In this document: positions 35,766 through 50,299 of the stretch, in pieces
Layout of the letters: each line of letters starts with the position of its first letter
How positions within the stretch are numbered: position 1 is the stretch's first letter
DNA from: Octopus sinensis
Lineage: Eukaryota
Assembly (NCBI RefSeq): GCF_006345805.1
Contig: NC_042997.1
Span: forward strand, 19,468,001 to 19,532,000
Direction of reading: 5' to 3'
Length of the DNA stretch: 64,000 bases
Program-made: the position numbers and the translations under genes
The notes under the pieces: model-generated
Told to the model about the DNA's origin: nothing
Databases searched by the model: none
Seen by the model: the letters and a program-made list of their open reading frames with translations, nothing else

Positions 35766-38700
35766 TTCATTTTAACTTTTACTATAGCACCTTCCTGTAA
35801 TATCTGAACTGCTGTCATAAGCCATTCATACTTAAGTTTTCTCATTATTTGCCTGACACTAGGTACATAAGTGTAGAATTACTTACTCATCGATAATGTC
35901 TTGGATATCTCTCACTCAAAATATAACGTCTTTAGTTCCGCTTCATAGCAAAATCTAATACTATCTTGTGTCAATCTCTATCTGATTGTATGTTCAACCA
36001 AACATACAGACATCCTAGGTCACATCTAAGCTAAAGTCATATGGCTGATTGCAAATGATTCACCCAGCAATATGCTACAATCCCTAACTTACAGATATAG
36101 TTTCTCTCTATCACTTTTATCAGTCCTTTACTGGTCACTGAAGTTTGAACAATCAAGTTGTATACTTCTCTAGCCAATCCCACTTAACACACTTGCTTTA
36201 ATTCCTTTTATTATCTCTATTATGATGAACTTCTGATGTTTCTTTCCAATTTACATTTTTTCTGATCCCATGGGTCTACAAGAGTTCCAGTTTAACATCC
36301 TTTTTCATCTCACTAGCCTAGAAGGGGGTCATGAGTGTTTTTCCTTCTTCTGACTGACTAAATAAAATTACATGAGCCCTTAACAAGAGACCCCTGAAGG
36401 AATCTTCTATTGCACATTCTTGACTGTGCTATAATTAGCAATGTTGTTTCAAAAATAAATTAGGAAAACAGCATCCAGAATGATATGATAAACTGAAGAA
36501 ACTTTTGCAAGCTCACCTGCTATACTATAAACAGAAGCCAAAGTTTCCTCAAATCACAGCCTACTCTCTTAAAAAGGAAGGACATATAGTTTTAGATATG
36601 CTGTGTTCAAATAAAGGATTGATTAGTTATGGCTTTTACATTTTGATAATAGTGCTGCTAGATCAAAGCTAATCCAATGTTAAACAAAGCTCACCAATAA
36701 TGTGATAAGCCAAATGAATCACTAGTGTAGCAGTATACACAAATGGCTACTTTCAATACTTGCAATGAAAAACCTGGAGCATTCCCACTAGTTATGTTTA
36801 ATTGCTTTTCTCACCATTCTCAGTTGGTTCTATTAGGATTGTAACAGATCAAAGTAGCCTCTATGTTATTGCTTAAGCCAATAAAGAAACCAGTAGGTAG
36901 TCAATGAACCATATTCTAGAAATAGCAGCTAAGTCTTTCCAAATTACATCCAACCATCTGAAAAATATGGATGACATATTCTACAATGTAGTTATAGTTG
37001 ATCATGGTGCTAATGCATTTCATCATGGACCTGGTCAATCAGAGCTAACTTAAGGCTCAACTAGGAAATTTTGAATAATCTCTGTTATGATGCAATTTAA
37101 AATATTCGATTTTGAACCCATGTTTACAAAATTAAAATTGATTATTTTTGCACACATTATTTGTAATCTAAAGTACTTAATGTTATGCAATACTTTTCTG
37201 TCACCCTTTTTTAAGCCTACTAAATATATACTTATCCCCTAAATCTTTAATACATTTTCAGTATTAAGCCCCCTCAGCTTGGTCAGAGCTGAACTCTAAC
37301 TGATCGTTACCATTTAGCAAGTAATTCCTTAGCAATCAGTCAATGTTTTCTATGATAAGAGTTTTCTATCATTTGTGATTCTTTTAGATAAAGCCCCTAA
37401 AATTTGTCGACTTACATAATGATGATGATGATGATAGTGATAATAATGAGGATTTCTAACAGTCTCACAAGTCCCAAAATTAGAAGAGGATGAGAGTAGT
37501 TAATTAAATCAGTTCTAATGCTATACTGCATTTTATTTTATCAACAGTCAGGAAGTGAAAAGCCAAGTCAACATTCTCCTTCCTGTAGAATTTGAACTCA
37601 TAATATAAAAAGTATTTTGTCCATCATATTACTGTTTCTGCCATTCACTGCTATAATAAAATAGCAATAATAAAAATATGAAAATTAAGTTTTGATATTT
37701 TGAAATATTTCAATTTTTAATCGGTAATCTAAGAAACATTCCTTCAAGCATAATTATTTATCATAGTACCTTTTGATTTAGAAGTAGTATTGCAAATGAA
37801 ATTTATTTCCTAATCTCTGAAAATATTGTATTACTATTATTGTAACTGTAATGTATTAGTCAATTAACTAAAAACTGAAACTATGAATTATTTTATTAGA
37901 AATAAAAACACTATGATATTAAAATAATGACAAATTACTACAAATTTTATGACTAGACACTTTCAAGATATAATTTCTGTAATAAACTATGAAGACAGAT
38001 AGTGAACTCATGAGTAAATAAAAAGTTAATTACATAATTTCCCAGTTAGGTTCCATAAATATATTCCTGTATCTTAATGTGCTGTTTGTTAGGTAATTCT
38101 GTACAATTTCTCTTTCGAAACAGAATGTAAAATCTAATTTATTTACTTATATATTAAGTTTCATTAGTTTATTAACAAGATAATCAGATATTTATTTTGT
38201 ACCTAAGAAATAATATTAGCTTTAATTTGTTCCAGCATTTGAGAACACCTACAATGGTCCATGTTGTAATCACAGTGTCGCATTCAGAACCCACATAAAG
38301 CAATAAGAAATTTGCTATCAGCATTAGCTTTTCAATGTTAGCAATTTTTGTCATTATCCTGTCAATGGTCATATCAGTAGTGACAGTTTCATTTTACTTG
38401 TAATAGAAATTAACTTCTTGTGAATGGTTAGTGTTCCCATTATAGAAGCAGTAATGGTAGAACTTAAAATAACAATAGTGTGTCAATGTCAATTGACATG
38501 ATATGAGAACAGATAATGGTAAAGGGATATTCATATGGAGAAACGCAAATGTTGCAATGATGACTGTATCAATTATAATGAAGATGATAATTATATTGAT
38601 GAAAATGGTCAGAAATGATGCAATGTTTTTATAAATTTATTTATACTGGTAAACTCTTTTGGTGAAGTGAAATTCTGAAGAGCCAATGCTACCAATGAAA

Positions 38701-39054
38701 GATTGTGCTCTAAACAATGAAGAATACAAAAAGTTTAATCAGTTCTTCTGATATTACAAATGGCAAATATATTATTGAAAAAACAGAGTAGCTATGAGGT
38801 ACATCAACTAGATTAAGTTAAAGAGAAAGTAAATTTCCTAAGATTTGGCTCAGGGATATTCTTGCAAGAATTCTCTTATTACCTTTTTATACATATGAAT
38901 TAAGATTAGCATTTAAGAATTCTTTCTGTAAAAATGGTAACTTATGATACATGCATAAAATGTGTAATGGGTGCTGAGCATTAAGATGAAGAGTGAAAGC
39001 AGATTACTTTCAGTGCCTTATAAGTAAAATGTGTTAAAGAGAATTTTTACTCTT

Positions 39055-39342
39055 TTACTCTTTTATTAGTTTCAGTAATTTGACTGTGGCCATGCTGTAG
39101 CACCACCTTTAGTCGAACAAATTGACTCCAGAACTTACTCTCTGTAAGCCTAGTACTTATTCTATCGGTCTCTTTTGCCAAGGCACTAAGTTACGGAGAC
39201 ATAAACACGCCAGCATCAGTTGTCAAGCGATGATGGGGGGGGGGACAAATGCCGACACACAAACATAGTTGCCATGTAGTAGGACTGAACCCAGAAGCAT
39301 GTGGTTGGTAAGCAAGCTACTTACAACACAACCACTCCTGTG
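39055..39342 (-). mobile_element. SINE family 1, internally deleted
   Basis: Head and tail present, core missing. Confidence 0.8.
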
Positions 39343-39592
39343 TCTATGAATATAATTATTTTTAAAAAGTTTTACATGGATTAAAGATAGTTTCAAATTT
39401 GTAAAATATTTTTATTTTCAAAAATATCATCATATATATTAACTCATGCTAGTATAGAAAAGTTAAGGTAAGTATCTTCACATACATAATATTTAAAAGA
39501 ATTTCCTATGGCTTGACATCATGACCTTTGACTTCTAATCTCATAGTTACCATTTAACTTGTAGTTTTTCTCACAAAATACTTTTACAGTAA

Positions 39593-40031
39593 TCTATACA
39601 TATAAAGCTGAAGTTGTTTGTGTGTGTGTGAATGGCAGGTTTGGTAGCCTTCAACTAACACTATCTCTTCCAAGACCCTGTGGCGCAAGTTGACCAAAAT
39701 TGAGAATATGATAGAAGAAGGCTTGCTCTTCATTCTGTAGAAGAAAAATTCAAATCAGACCATGTTAAGATCAAAAATTATTTACATCAAAAGGTGCTTT
39801 TCTTTCCATGAAATCCCTATTTTTTAGACTTTTTGACAGCTGTGTTGCCATTTCTCAGTGTATTTCAACCAGAAAAATGTTCACTTAAAGAGACTAAGCT
39901 ACATAATGAAAACATTTTACTTTTCAAAAAAGATTGAAACTATGTCAAAACTTTGTTAATGCAACATCAAAGTCTGCCATTTTAAGCGCAACTAAAAAAC
40001 AAACCTAAGCAACGCCAGGCTATACTGCTAG
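39593..40031 (+). mobile_element. Non-autonomous Helitron
   Basis: 5' TC, 3' hairpin (cctaagcaacgccagg) plus CTAG, inserted between A and T. Confidence 0.7.
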
Positions 40032-40479
40032 TACTAAAATACATTTATACTATTTCAGAGGGTTAAATTTACAACCACCCTGATAATAAGGATTTCTAAC
40101 ACAGGTACAAGACCACATTGGATAGAATTATATAATCAATTAAGCCAATCGCAGCATTTAAGTGGTTCCCTATTTTATCAACTCCAGAAGAGCAAAAGAC
40201 AGAGATGATCTTGGTGGAATTTGGTCTCAGAATATAACGAGCCACAGCTAAATAAGGTATGTGCTCTAAGGGTTTTCCAACCCTCAGGAAAGTCAATGGC
40301 AAGCACATATACAATAGGTCACAAACTCAACAAAATACACCAATGTTATTCGAAAAGAAATCATCTATGTCAGCAAATAGATTAAACTAAGTAATAATTC
40401 TGGCCCAGAATTTATGGTGAATGTCACAGCATGAGTTTAGAGAGAGCATTCTAAACTAGCACTCCATCAGTTGTGACAA

Positions 40480-41296
40480 TGAGAGTTCCAGTTGAACTGA
40501 TCTACAGAACAGCCTGCTTGTGAAATTTATGTGCAAGAGGTTGAGCAGGCCAATGACACAAGTACCCTTAGCGTAGTTTTCAGGAAGATTCAGCTATGTG
40601 AACAATGTGAAGTAAAGACAAGGGATGACGTGGTGAAGCATTATCTTCGAAATTTGAGCCTCACAGAGGCAATGACTAGTAACCAAGACCTTTGGCAATG
40701 TGCTGTGTTTGAAAGGACCTGACAAGCCAAGTGCACCCGTGCTGGTGGCACGTAAAGAACATGTTTTGAACGTTGGACCTCACAGAGGCAAAGTGATTAG
40801 TTCCTTTTGAGCATTGGACTTCATGGAGGGGCAAAGTGGTTGACTTCCACTTGAGCATTGGGCCTGACAGAAACAAAATGACTGAGTTCCTTTCAAGCAT
40901 AGGGCCTCATGGAGGTGAAGTAGCCAAGTTCCTTTCGAGTGTTGGGCCTCATGGAAGCAATGACCAAGACCTTTGGCATTATGTCGTGCTTGAGAAGAAG
41001 ACCCATCAAGTTGAGCAAAATTACAGTCATGGAAGATACCAGTGTCACACAAATTGACACTCATGCCAGTGGTATGTAAATGCACCCTGGTGTCTTGCAA
41101 ATGACACTCGTGCTGGTGGCACGTAAAAGCACCCATTACACTCTCAGAGTGGTTGGTGTTAGAAAGGGTATCCAGCCATAGAAAACCATGCCAAATTGGA
41201 CTGGAGTCTGGTGCAGACTTCCAGTGTGCCAGCCCAGTCAAACAGTCCAACTTATGCCAGCACTGACAACAAACGTTAAATGACGACGATGATGAT
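40480..41296 (+). mobile_element. Composite SINE region with internal ~42-bp tandem repeats and family-4 3' end
   Basis: Units beginning ttcc..gagc.ttgggcctcatggagg at about 40801, 40845, 40887 and 40929, ending in cgttaaatgacgacgatgatgatg. Confidence 0.6.
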
Positions 41297-41333
<37 letters not shown>

Positions 41334-41384
41334 GTGCATGTGTGTGCGTGTGTGCATGTGTGTGTGTATGTGTGTGCGTGTGTG

Positions 41385-41530
41385 TATGAGGGGGTGCTGA
41401 AAAGTTCCTGGCTGGATGCCAAATCTTCTTAGTCTTTTTACAGGGCTTAGAAAAACTGAAGTACAAATGTAATAAGTGTGTGAATCTGTTAGGGTAATAT
41501 GTAAATGTAAAGATGAATGAAAGGCCCCTA
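41385..41530 (+). mobile_element. mariner-type deletion derivative
   Basis: TIR-like tatgagggggtgctgaaaagttcctggc and transposase C-terminal wording GLEKLKYKCNKCVNLLG*YV. Confidence 0.5.
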
Positions 41531-44027
41531 AAAATTTTTCCTGCTGTTCTAGCAATTATGTCTGCTCACCACTTCATGTTATATAATATATTGGGAAATA
41601 TTCCAATATATTAGAGGCATAGGTGGCAACAAAAGCAGCAGCAGTAGTAGTAGTTGTAAATTTAACTGTAGAATTCTACTAGTGTTGTGATAGTTGTATA
41701 TGGCTACTGATAATTTTATATCCCAATTTGTGAACTACATTATTGTTGGTAACAAGTTTCTGACAGATCAGTTATTAATTTACTGCAGTTCTGATGGTGA
41801 TAATGACAAGAGAGTGTCTATACTTTAGTGAAAACCATAGCAAAGGACTTTACAAGAGAAACACCAGTTTTTCCGTTTCAGCACTGATGTTTATCTTGAA
41901 ATAATAATTGCTGCTCATTTACTAATTAAAAGAAATTGGGAAAGTTCCAAACTTTTATATTTAAATTTAAATGGCTTCTGTTTCCCTTTTCTTTTATTTT
42001 CTAACAAATTAACCCTTTGGTATGTTTTGTTCTTTTCTCAACATGAATCAATGCTTTCTGGTGATTATTTTCTCATTATTTACTCGCTGATAACCTCTAT
42101 ATTTTACGGTCATCAATTAATTGACTTACTTCATATTTTACAGGACTACTATAGACTCCTGTTGATTAACACCTTGTGAGGGAAATTTGATGCACGGGGC
42201 TTGTGCAGAAGCCCACCATATGTGCACATGTGTGTATGTATGTGTGTGTGTGTCTGCATATGTATATAATTTGTTAGAAAGAAAGAAAAGGAAATAATGA
42301 ATATTTAAATGTACATGTAAAAAACTTGAAATTTCTACAGATCTTTCAATTAGTAAACAAACAGCAATTATTATTTGGGGATAATTATGATTTGAAGAGC
42401 TTTGTTTGGCAAATATGAAGAATATATAATGAAGATGGCAAAATGAAACTGCATGCATGATAGTATCAAGAAACTGCACTTAGCAAATTGCTTAGACCTG
42501 ACAAGTTGATTCATCTTGCTAATGCTTATTCCCTTTCTACTTCTACTTCATAGCTCATGGAGAATTAGCTACATCATTCTAGCTTGTTTGATTATCTAGC
42601 ATCTTCAGAATTGTCAAAACGATTTAACATACTTGAATGAATAAAATAAATAAAGACAAAATAGAGAAAAACCCTTAATAAAAAGAGAAAAAAAAGTGTG
42701 GGGGAGGACATATAGTAAGCAAAGAGGTAAAAGATAAAACATAATAATACCTGTAATAAAATAACAAAAGAATAAGTAATAAGAATGACAATGTAAAATA
42801 GTGAAAAAGTAATTGAAATAACAACCCAACAAATGTTGCTAAGATTTGATGGAAATGAAAAGAAAAGTGGAAAATGAACAAGTGTTTTCAGGAATCTTGA
42901 AGTAGAAAGTAACACAATGGAAAGCTATCACCAGCTTTTTCAGTAGCTTTCAGCTTAAATTTTGTTATTGTCTTGCTGTGCGAAAGCATCTTCGATTAAT
43001 GTTTTATTATTCATGCAACACCTTGAGAAAAGAATCTTTGGCTGATGGAATCTAAGTGAGAATTTCAGAAATGAAAATCATGAGAATCTTGGACAAGAAC
43101 AGCATAAAGAAATGTTAGAAATATGTGAAGACAATGAAGATATTGACAGTGATAGTGACAAAGCCAAAGTAAGAGAGAGAGAGTTGTATGAAGGAAAGTA
43201 GGTATGTAAATAGATTAGACATGGTCCATAGTTGAAGCAGCTGAAACAGGGGGATTAAGGGAAAGAAAATAATAAACATTATTGTATAAATGATGAAAAA
43301 TAAGATGGCAAATTGGTTAAATAAAAAAACCTTTTTCTCTACTATTACAAAGTAATTGCAAAGTAATCCATTTGGTTGTCATTGGATAAGACATGTTTTG
43401 AAGAATTCCATTTACTTACAGAAATTTCTTTAAATTGATATTGTATAATACTAGCTTTCTTTGTAATGATATGTAATGTATTCATCTTAGTTGAATATAT
43501 ACATATTCGGCGGTGCATCAGCATGGCCGCAGCACTGAGCTGAAACTTTCTAAAAAAAAAATATGCATATGATTTAAATGAGGAAGCCCTAACAGTGTTG
43601 CTTAACTTGTTAGAAATTACACCCTCCTGTTCATAATAATGTATGTATATATTTAGATATATGAATACATGTGTGTATTTTCCTATATTGCCCAATTAGT
43701 CTCAGAAAGTTTGTGAGGAATCCTTTGACCTAATTTGTTGACTTTTCTGATGGCACACAGGGTTTGCAGGACGTCCTCATTGAGTTCTACAGATCTTGCA
43801 TTTTATATTGCATTGTAGCCTTTATTGGACTCATAAAGCAAAATATGTTGAATATGCTCCTTTGTTACTTCCATTATAGCTTTGAAAAAAATAACTTAAA
43901 ATTGAACTGCAAGCTTCAAAATTTGCACTAAGAATAAGGATACGGTAAAATTACTACCTGCTTTTATAGCAAGTTGATTAAGGTAGTTTTATCCTGTACT
44001 CCTCCGACTTTTACTTTATGTAATGAC

Positions 44028-44074
<47 letters not shown>

Positions 44075-44079
<5 letters not shown>

Positions 44080-44250
44080 CATTGTTTAGCATCCGCTTTC
44101 CATGCTAGCATGGGTTGGACGATTTGATTGAGAACTGGTGAACCCGATGGCTGCACCAGGCTCCAATCTGATCTGGCAGAGTCTCTATAGCTTGATGCTC
44201 TTCCTAACATCAACCACTCCAAGAGTGTAGTGGGTGCTTTTACCTCCAGC
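44075..44250 (-). mobile_element. SINE family 4
   Basis: Reverse complement of the family-4 body. Confidence 0.7.
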
Positions 44251-45067
44251 ATATATATGTGTGTGTGTGTGCGTGTGTGTGTATATATATATATATGTGT
44301 GTGTGTGTGGTGTGTGTGTGTATATATACACACACATACATACGTCATACATTAGTAAATGCATTAATACATTTACATAAATGCAAACGTACACACACCA
44401 GTGCCCCAGCCTGGCCACAGCTCTTGACTCGAAACTAGTTAAAGAATTAAAGAGTTGTTTATATATAACAAGGGGTAAAACGGATCAATAAATCCGGGCA
44501 GATATCTGGAAAGCGCTCAGTATTAAGCAAACTTTGTTAACTATATCAAGCAATCACACACCAATAAATTGAAATAGAACCAACATCCAATGCAATTCCT
44601 CATGTGTGATAAGCAAATCCCAATATCTCTAACAAGAATTTCAAGAAATTCAGTGCGTAAAACATGAAGGAGAATGAAGAAAATCACATATCTAATTGAT
44701 GGTTACACCATGCATTACCAGCAATCGTTTCTATTGTGTCCTATATTTAGATATAGAAAAAAAAGGAACAAAATCACAGCCAAACCAATATCCAAAAATT
44801 TATGCTAACACAATGTTATCAAGGTAACTTAAAGTAGGTTAAATTCAAAGTGAACTGAAATAATATTTAGAATATATTAATGCAAGCACAAAAGTACATA
44901 GAATTTTTATGTTCATTTTTTGTTGTTTTGTCAACTGTTGGTAGACATAGTTTACAAGCAGTTGGCTGTCAAGCATTTACTGTAGCATTATTTATTAATG
45001 TTGGGAACTCTTGTCCAATATATTTTTCTATGCTACATTGTTATTTAAAATCTTGTGAGTTTACTTT

Positions 45068-45107
<40 letters not shown>

Positions 45108-45134
45108 TAAAAATAGTTAAGTTAGTGTCCGGCC

Positions 45135-45200
45135 ATAGAGTGACCAGTGGTTTTGCATCCACACAAGCCTTAGCTTTGCAGACATCTCATCAGGCTATAA
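45135..45200 (-). ncRNA. Hammerhead ribozyme, probably inactive (G12A)
   Basis: CTGATGA-long stem II-AAAA-ccactgg-TC. GAAA to AAAA is consistent with CpG decay. Confidence 0.5.
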
Positions 45201-45299
45201 AGCCAAGACAAATGTAATTTTTCACCTTTGGGAGGCAGGAATCCATTACAGATATTTGGTCTGCCTCCCAGAGGTGAAGAATTATATTTGTCTTTGGTT

Positions 45300-45365
45300 T
45301 TAGAATCTGATGAGACGTCCATGAGGCTAAGGTCCCTGTGGATGTGAAACCATTGGTCACACTAT
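45300..45365 (+). ncRNA. Type I hammerhead ribozyme with long stem II
   Basis: CTGATGA-g-acgtccat...gtggatgt-GAAA-CCATTGG-TC. Core intact, stem I weak. Confidence 0.6.
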
Positions 45366-45985
45366 GACAGAACATTAACTTAATTATTTTTAATACATTA
45401 CTGCTCTATGCTTTAGAGAAGGGGTGGGGGAAAGCCCTGCCTGTGGGTGCAATTGTGCCTGTGAACCCATTTTATTTCACCCGCAAGCTGACATACTTGT
45501 ATGTACAAAATATAGTAAATTTTTCAATAGTAAAATTTATAAAATATTCGTATGCCTATTTGACCATAGGTCATGTTTCCACTATGACTTAAAATGTTTA
45601 GACTCGAACAGAAAATCGTCCAGTAATTGCCATTTGAATGAAACTTTTGTTTTCGCTATAAAACACATATTGCTAAATTTGTACCGCCCCCCCCCCTAGA
45701 GACCCAGCTATACTCTAGCTGAAAAATATAGAAACCTTATAAGTAATATAAATGTCATATATTCAGTGGTGGCATCAATGAAGATGTTACACATTAATTT
45801 AATATGTTAAATTTATCTTATTATCGAATTATATATAGATATATAGAAGATCTACACAGATATAAGAGTTAGAACTTGTGATCTGCCCATAGACCTTTTT
45901 CTTTTTAAATTTTTGCCCATTGTACTAAAAAGTTTACCCACCCCTACTTCGTGCTTCTTTTTCGGATTTATGATACCATGATGAT

Positions 45986-46025
<40 letters not shown>

Positions 46026-46393
46026 GAACATAGAAAACGTATTTTATTCTTTCTGTTATGTACACTTGTTTTAGGAAGCCGAGTGCTGTTATTACATAAG
46101 CCAGTTGGCTATATCACACAACTCAATACAGTTAAATCACTTACTCAGCATTTTCAACTAGGATTCTGTACACTGGCTTATCTGGAGTTATGATGGTTGT
46201 TGACAAACCATGGTATGCATTGAATTTTCTGTATCCTATTAGAATATAAATCTAATCATCACATCAGTACTGAAGAGATAAGTAATTAAGTCACTGAATC
46301 ACATGTTCTTTGTTTTTCCTCTTAAGCATACATACACATGTGTGTGTGCATGAGTGTGTGTGTGTCTGTATGTATGTATGTATCTATCTATCC

Positions 46394-46434
<41 letters not shown>

Positions 46435-47554
46435 CATACACACACATAATATATATATATAAGGAGAGAGAAAGAGAGAGTGAGTGAGTGTGTGAGAGAG
46501 AGAGAGAAAGAAATTATTACGAAGGATGCCTAGAGTTCCTTTCAAAGTAGCAAGACTCATTTTGGTATTGAACTAGGTCTTCTAAAAGTCATAGGATTTT
46601 ACAAAAACCTGAGATTACATTTCTTGATTATGGCCAGACTGGTTTTGATTAAAGGTTTACTCAGTAAATATCCTACCTGGAGATAAACAGTGAAATGTGA
46701 AAATGTGCATATGCATGAAATTTATTTATGTATTTATTCATTATATTTTATCTAGTGATTCTTTAATGATCTCTAAAGTCAATGCAAAATATAATCCATG
46801 CTGGAATATGCTGTTAGTATTTTTGACTACCAGTGCTCTGAAAAGTGCTAATGTTTACTTATGGTATTTTTTAAAAACTATAACAGAATATTCATGTTTG
46901 TTATAAATAATGTTCACTCTGAAAGAGGCCTATGATATGACTGAATCACAAGACGTATGTAAAGCAGAATACTGTTGCTAACACAAAGATCGATAAAAAC
47001 AATTTAAAACATCAGAACCCAACACATAATGAAATTTTTGCAGTACATCTATCCTTGTTGTTATATTTATCACACTAAAAAACATCATCACATAAAATAT
47101 TGATACATTTATCACATAAGACAAATGTTTAGCCTTGAATTCACACAAAGATTCTACAAATCGCAGCTGTTATTCACATAGAGTCTGATAGGTTTATTTA
47201 TAGTGAGAGAGAGATGCAACACCTACAATTCAGAAAACTCAGGCACTCAATGTACATACAAGCCAGTAAAAATATACCAATATCTAAACTAAAATACTGT
47301 TATCAATATATGAATGTATTTCGTAGAGTTTGTATCATAAAGACGAGGCAATTATTTTGGTTTGGAAGAACTTTTGGAGTAAATACATGGTCTGAATTGT
47401 TACCAGATATAGATCAGAGTTTCTCAAATTTCTAATTCTAGGATAATTTTTGATTATATTCAGCAATGTTGATGTACCCTTTGAGTAAAATATAATGTAA
47501 AATAAGTAGATACTATTGAACAGTCAATAGACATGCAATATATATCAATTTGAT

Positions 47555-48320
47555 TTTAAAATTTAAACACTAATCTCAAAAAGTCTTCTTGTGAACGTGA
47601 CCTGGGTATTATTGTCGACAGCGATTTGCATTGGACAAAACACATTGCTAAAATTGCCAAGAAGGCTGAGGGTGTCTTGGAATCACCAAGTCCTTTGTGA
47701 GCAGCTCTCTGGCTATCTATCTGAGACTTTATATAGCTATGGTGTAGCCTCACCTGGAATTTGCATCACCGGTTTGGAACCCCTATTAATCGTCTGAAAA
47801 CCATTCAGCAACGTGCAACCAAGAGAATACCCTCCATCAGGCATTTGCCATATTCTGAAGGCCTTACTTCCCTGGGCATGGATACATTGAAACTGACGTC
47901 TGGCAGCTGACTTGACAGACACCCATAAAATTACTAATCATCTTACTAACAATACCTCTGAGCACCTTTTCAAACTCCACCTGTTTAACACCCATGGACA
48001 TGTTTATGAAGTCAGAAAACAGCACAGCTCCTATGACTTTTGGAAACATTTTTTCACACTAAGAGTTGCTGAAGCATCGAACAAACTGCCAGCATCAGTT
48101 GTTAGTTGTCGAAGCACTGCATCCTTCAAAACTTCCATGCTTCCTGAAATTTGCCAACACTACACCTGATTTTCTCCCCTCCATACACACGCAAGCATGT
48201 ATCGGACTCATACACTGTTGACTTCCCAGACATTTCTACATTACTGGATATGCTTTATATATACTTTTGACAAGTTGTGGTGCACCTGAGCACTGTATAC
48301 AATAATTTCATTATTAATAT
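47555..48320 (+). mobile_element. CR1-clade LINE 3' fragment (RT C-terminus plus 3' UTR), frameshifted
   Basis: ERDLGIIVDSDLHWTKHI, PHLEFASPVWNPY, QQRATKRIPSIRHLPYSE. Ends in (ATT)n. Confidence 0.85.
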
Positions 48321-50299
48321 TATTATTTAAGATTCTGCTACAGTTAACTTTCCCTTTCATTCTTCCAGGGCTGATAAAATAAAATACTTGTCAAGATATA
48401 ATCAACTGTTTTCATCAACATTTCTAGTCTTGTGCTTGTATATGAAACCAATTTTATTTAATTGAATGTTACATTTTTAATGAGGTGAATTAGTATGGAT
48501 CTTTCTAACAAGTAACTTAATTCCAAGCACATCTTAGAGGGAGACACACCTGCATATCATTCTCAGCTGACAGTCGTGCATGAAATTCGTTTTTGTATAT
48601 AAGCATTGCTGAAAGCTCTTGTTCACAATGAGAAGTGAACAGAAACAGAAAAGGGACACAAATATTCTAGAGATACAAGTTGCATTTCATTGTGATTGCT
48701 TTAAAATCCCAGTGTTTTTATCAACCTCATGTACCCTTTCAATCTCTTTTACGTTTTCTTAAATTTATGTATGCCTTAGTTTGAGAACCCTTTCACAGAG
48801 ATTAATAAAATCTATGTGACCTAAGTATCAAGTTAACTTATTCACCCTAAAACATTAAAAACATATTGCTTTTAATGTGTTACTTTAGTATTTCTTTGAA
48901 TCTTATAAGTAATATACCCCTAGTTGGATTCAGATCAACATCCTACTAGATACAGTTAATGTTCAAATTTGATATCTCTGTTATAATCACAAGGTGGTTT
49001 AGAAACCCAAAGAAACAGAAATTTCCCCATTCAGATACAATATATGTTACATTATTGCATACATAGGCACACACGTGTATACACACACACACATACACAT
49101 GTGCACATAAAAGTAGTCTTGTCCAACCCATGCCATTAAAATAAAAGTGGACATAAAATTATGACGATGGTGATGATGATGATAACGATGACGACAGTGA
49201 TGATGATTAAGAGGATGATGGTAATGTGTGTATGTGAGTGTATGTATGTGTGTTTGTGTACAAAAACTTATGGTTGACTGAATTGCAGCTGACAAGACAG
49301 AGAGAGAAAGAGTAGAGAAATAAAAAAAAAAAGAAAAAGAAAAAAGCATCAGTGGCAAAGCAATATACAGAGCATCCGAGATGTGTGTCACTGAGGAAAC
49401 CGAGTCACAAAGAAACACGCTCTGGTGATCCTCCGATATTCTATGTGAATCCCTTTGTTTTCTAACTGAGAAGTCTCTTTGAGGGAGAGATTTTTACTAT
49501 GACAAAATATGACAACTAGTGCCATTCCACATTAGTATACTCATGATGTTATACACACAGGTAATTTAATCTAAGTTTTTTTTCAAATTCATATATAAAT
49601 ATATACATACGTACACAGATATATATCCATATATACACATATATATATATACATATATACTTACTCACTCACTCACTCACTCACACACAAGGTAATCCAT
49701 TTCAAGTATTTTAAAGGACTACTTTTTTTCCTATTGCTCTTTTCTTTATCTTTTTGTCTATCAGTTACCTTACCTTGCTCTTCTTGTTTACCTTTTTCCT
49801 TTACTATCTCTCTATTCATTTTAATTTTTTTATTTTCTATGCTCGAAAGATCACCTCTCTCTCTCAGTTTTACTTCACAGAAAGCCATCTTATTCTTATT
49901 TCTTGTTGCAAGACATACTTCTTCTACAATTTTTTTTCTGTTTCTATCCTTGCTTATTTGTTTCTTTGATAAAGATTTCCTGTTATCCTCACAACTGATC
50001 TTTACTTATGTTCAGGCTAGTGACCCCTTCTGTTCTTGATATTGTTCCTGTCTCATATTTTTATATTATATTCGTCTTTTCATGTCCACTCATTTATGTC
50101 CCAGCAACTTTCATTGCTGACACAGCCAAATTGAAGTATATTATTATATGTATCGAAATTCTGGTGATATTTGGTTGATAACTGATGAGAGGTTTGAGCT
50201 TGTTCCTATCGATTATGAGTATATTTTCTTGTTATTCCATATGGCTCTACTGTGCCAGATTTATACATACGTACATATATATATATATACATATATATA

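Larger units (their letters stand above)
45106..45394. mobile_element. Head-to-head pair of HHR-bearing repeats
   Basis: Diverged ~133-bp inverted arms (45106-45238 / 45261-45394), each with an HHR. Confidence 0.75.

Noticed and set aside
40765-40970. Regularly spaced repeats as a CRISPR-like array
   Set aside because: Units are contiguous diverged tandem repeats without unique spacers, in eukaryotic DNA, with no cas genes.
40780-41466. 228-aa minus-strand ORF
   Set aside because: Runs through a (CA)n tract, a SINE body and tandem repeats. No protein motif.
44480-44526. cag-atat-ctg-GAAA-GCGC-TC hammerhead-like 3' half
   Set aside because: No CUGANGA upstream and no matching stem I. Possibly truncated, but unsupported.
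49385-49440. ctgagga ... gaaa ... tc as an HHR
   Set aside because: No stem II and a mismatched stem III.
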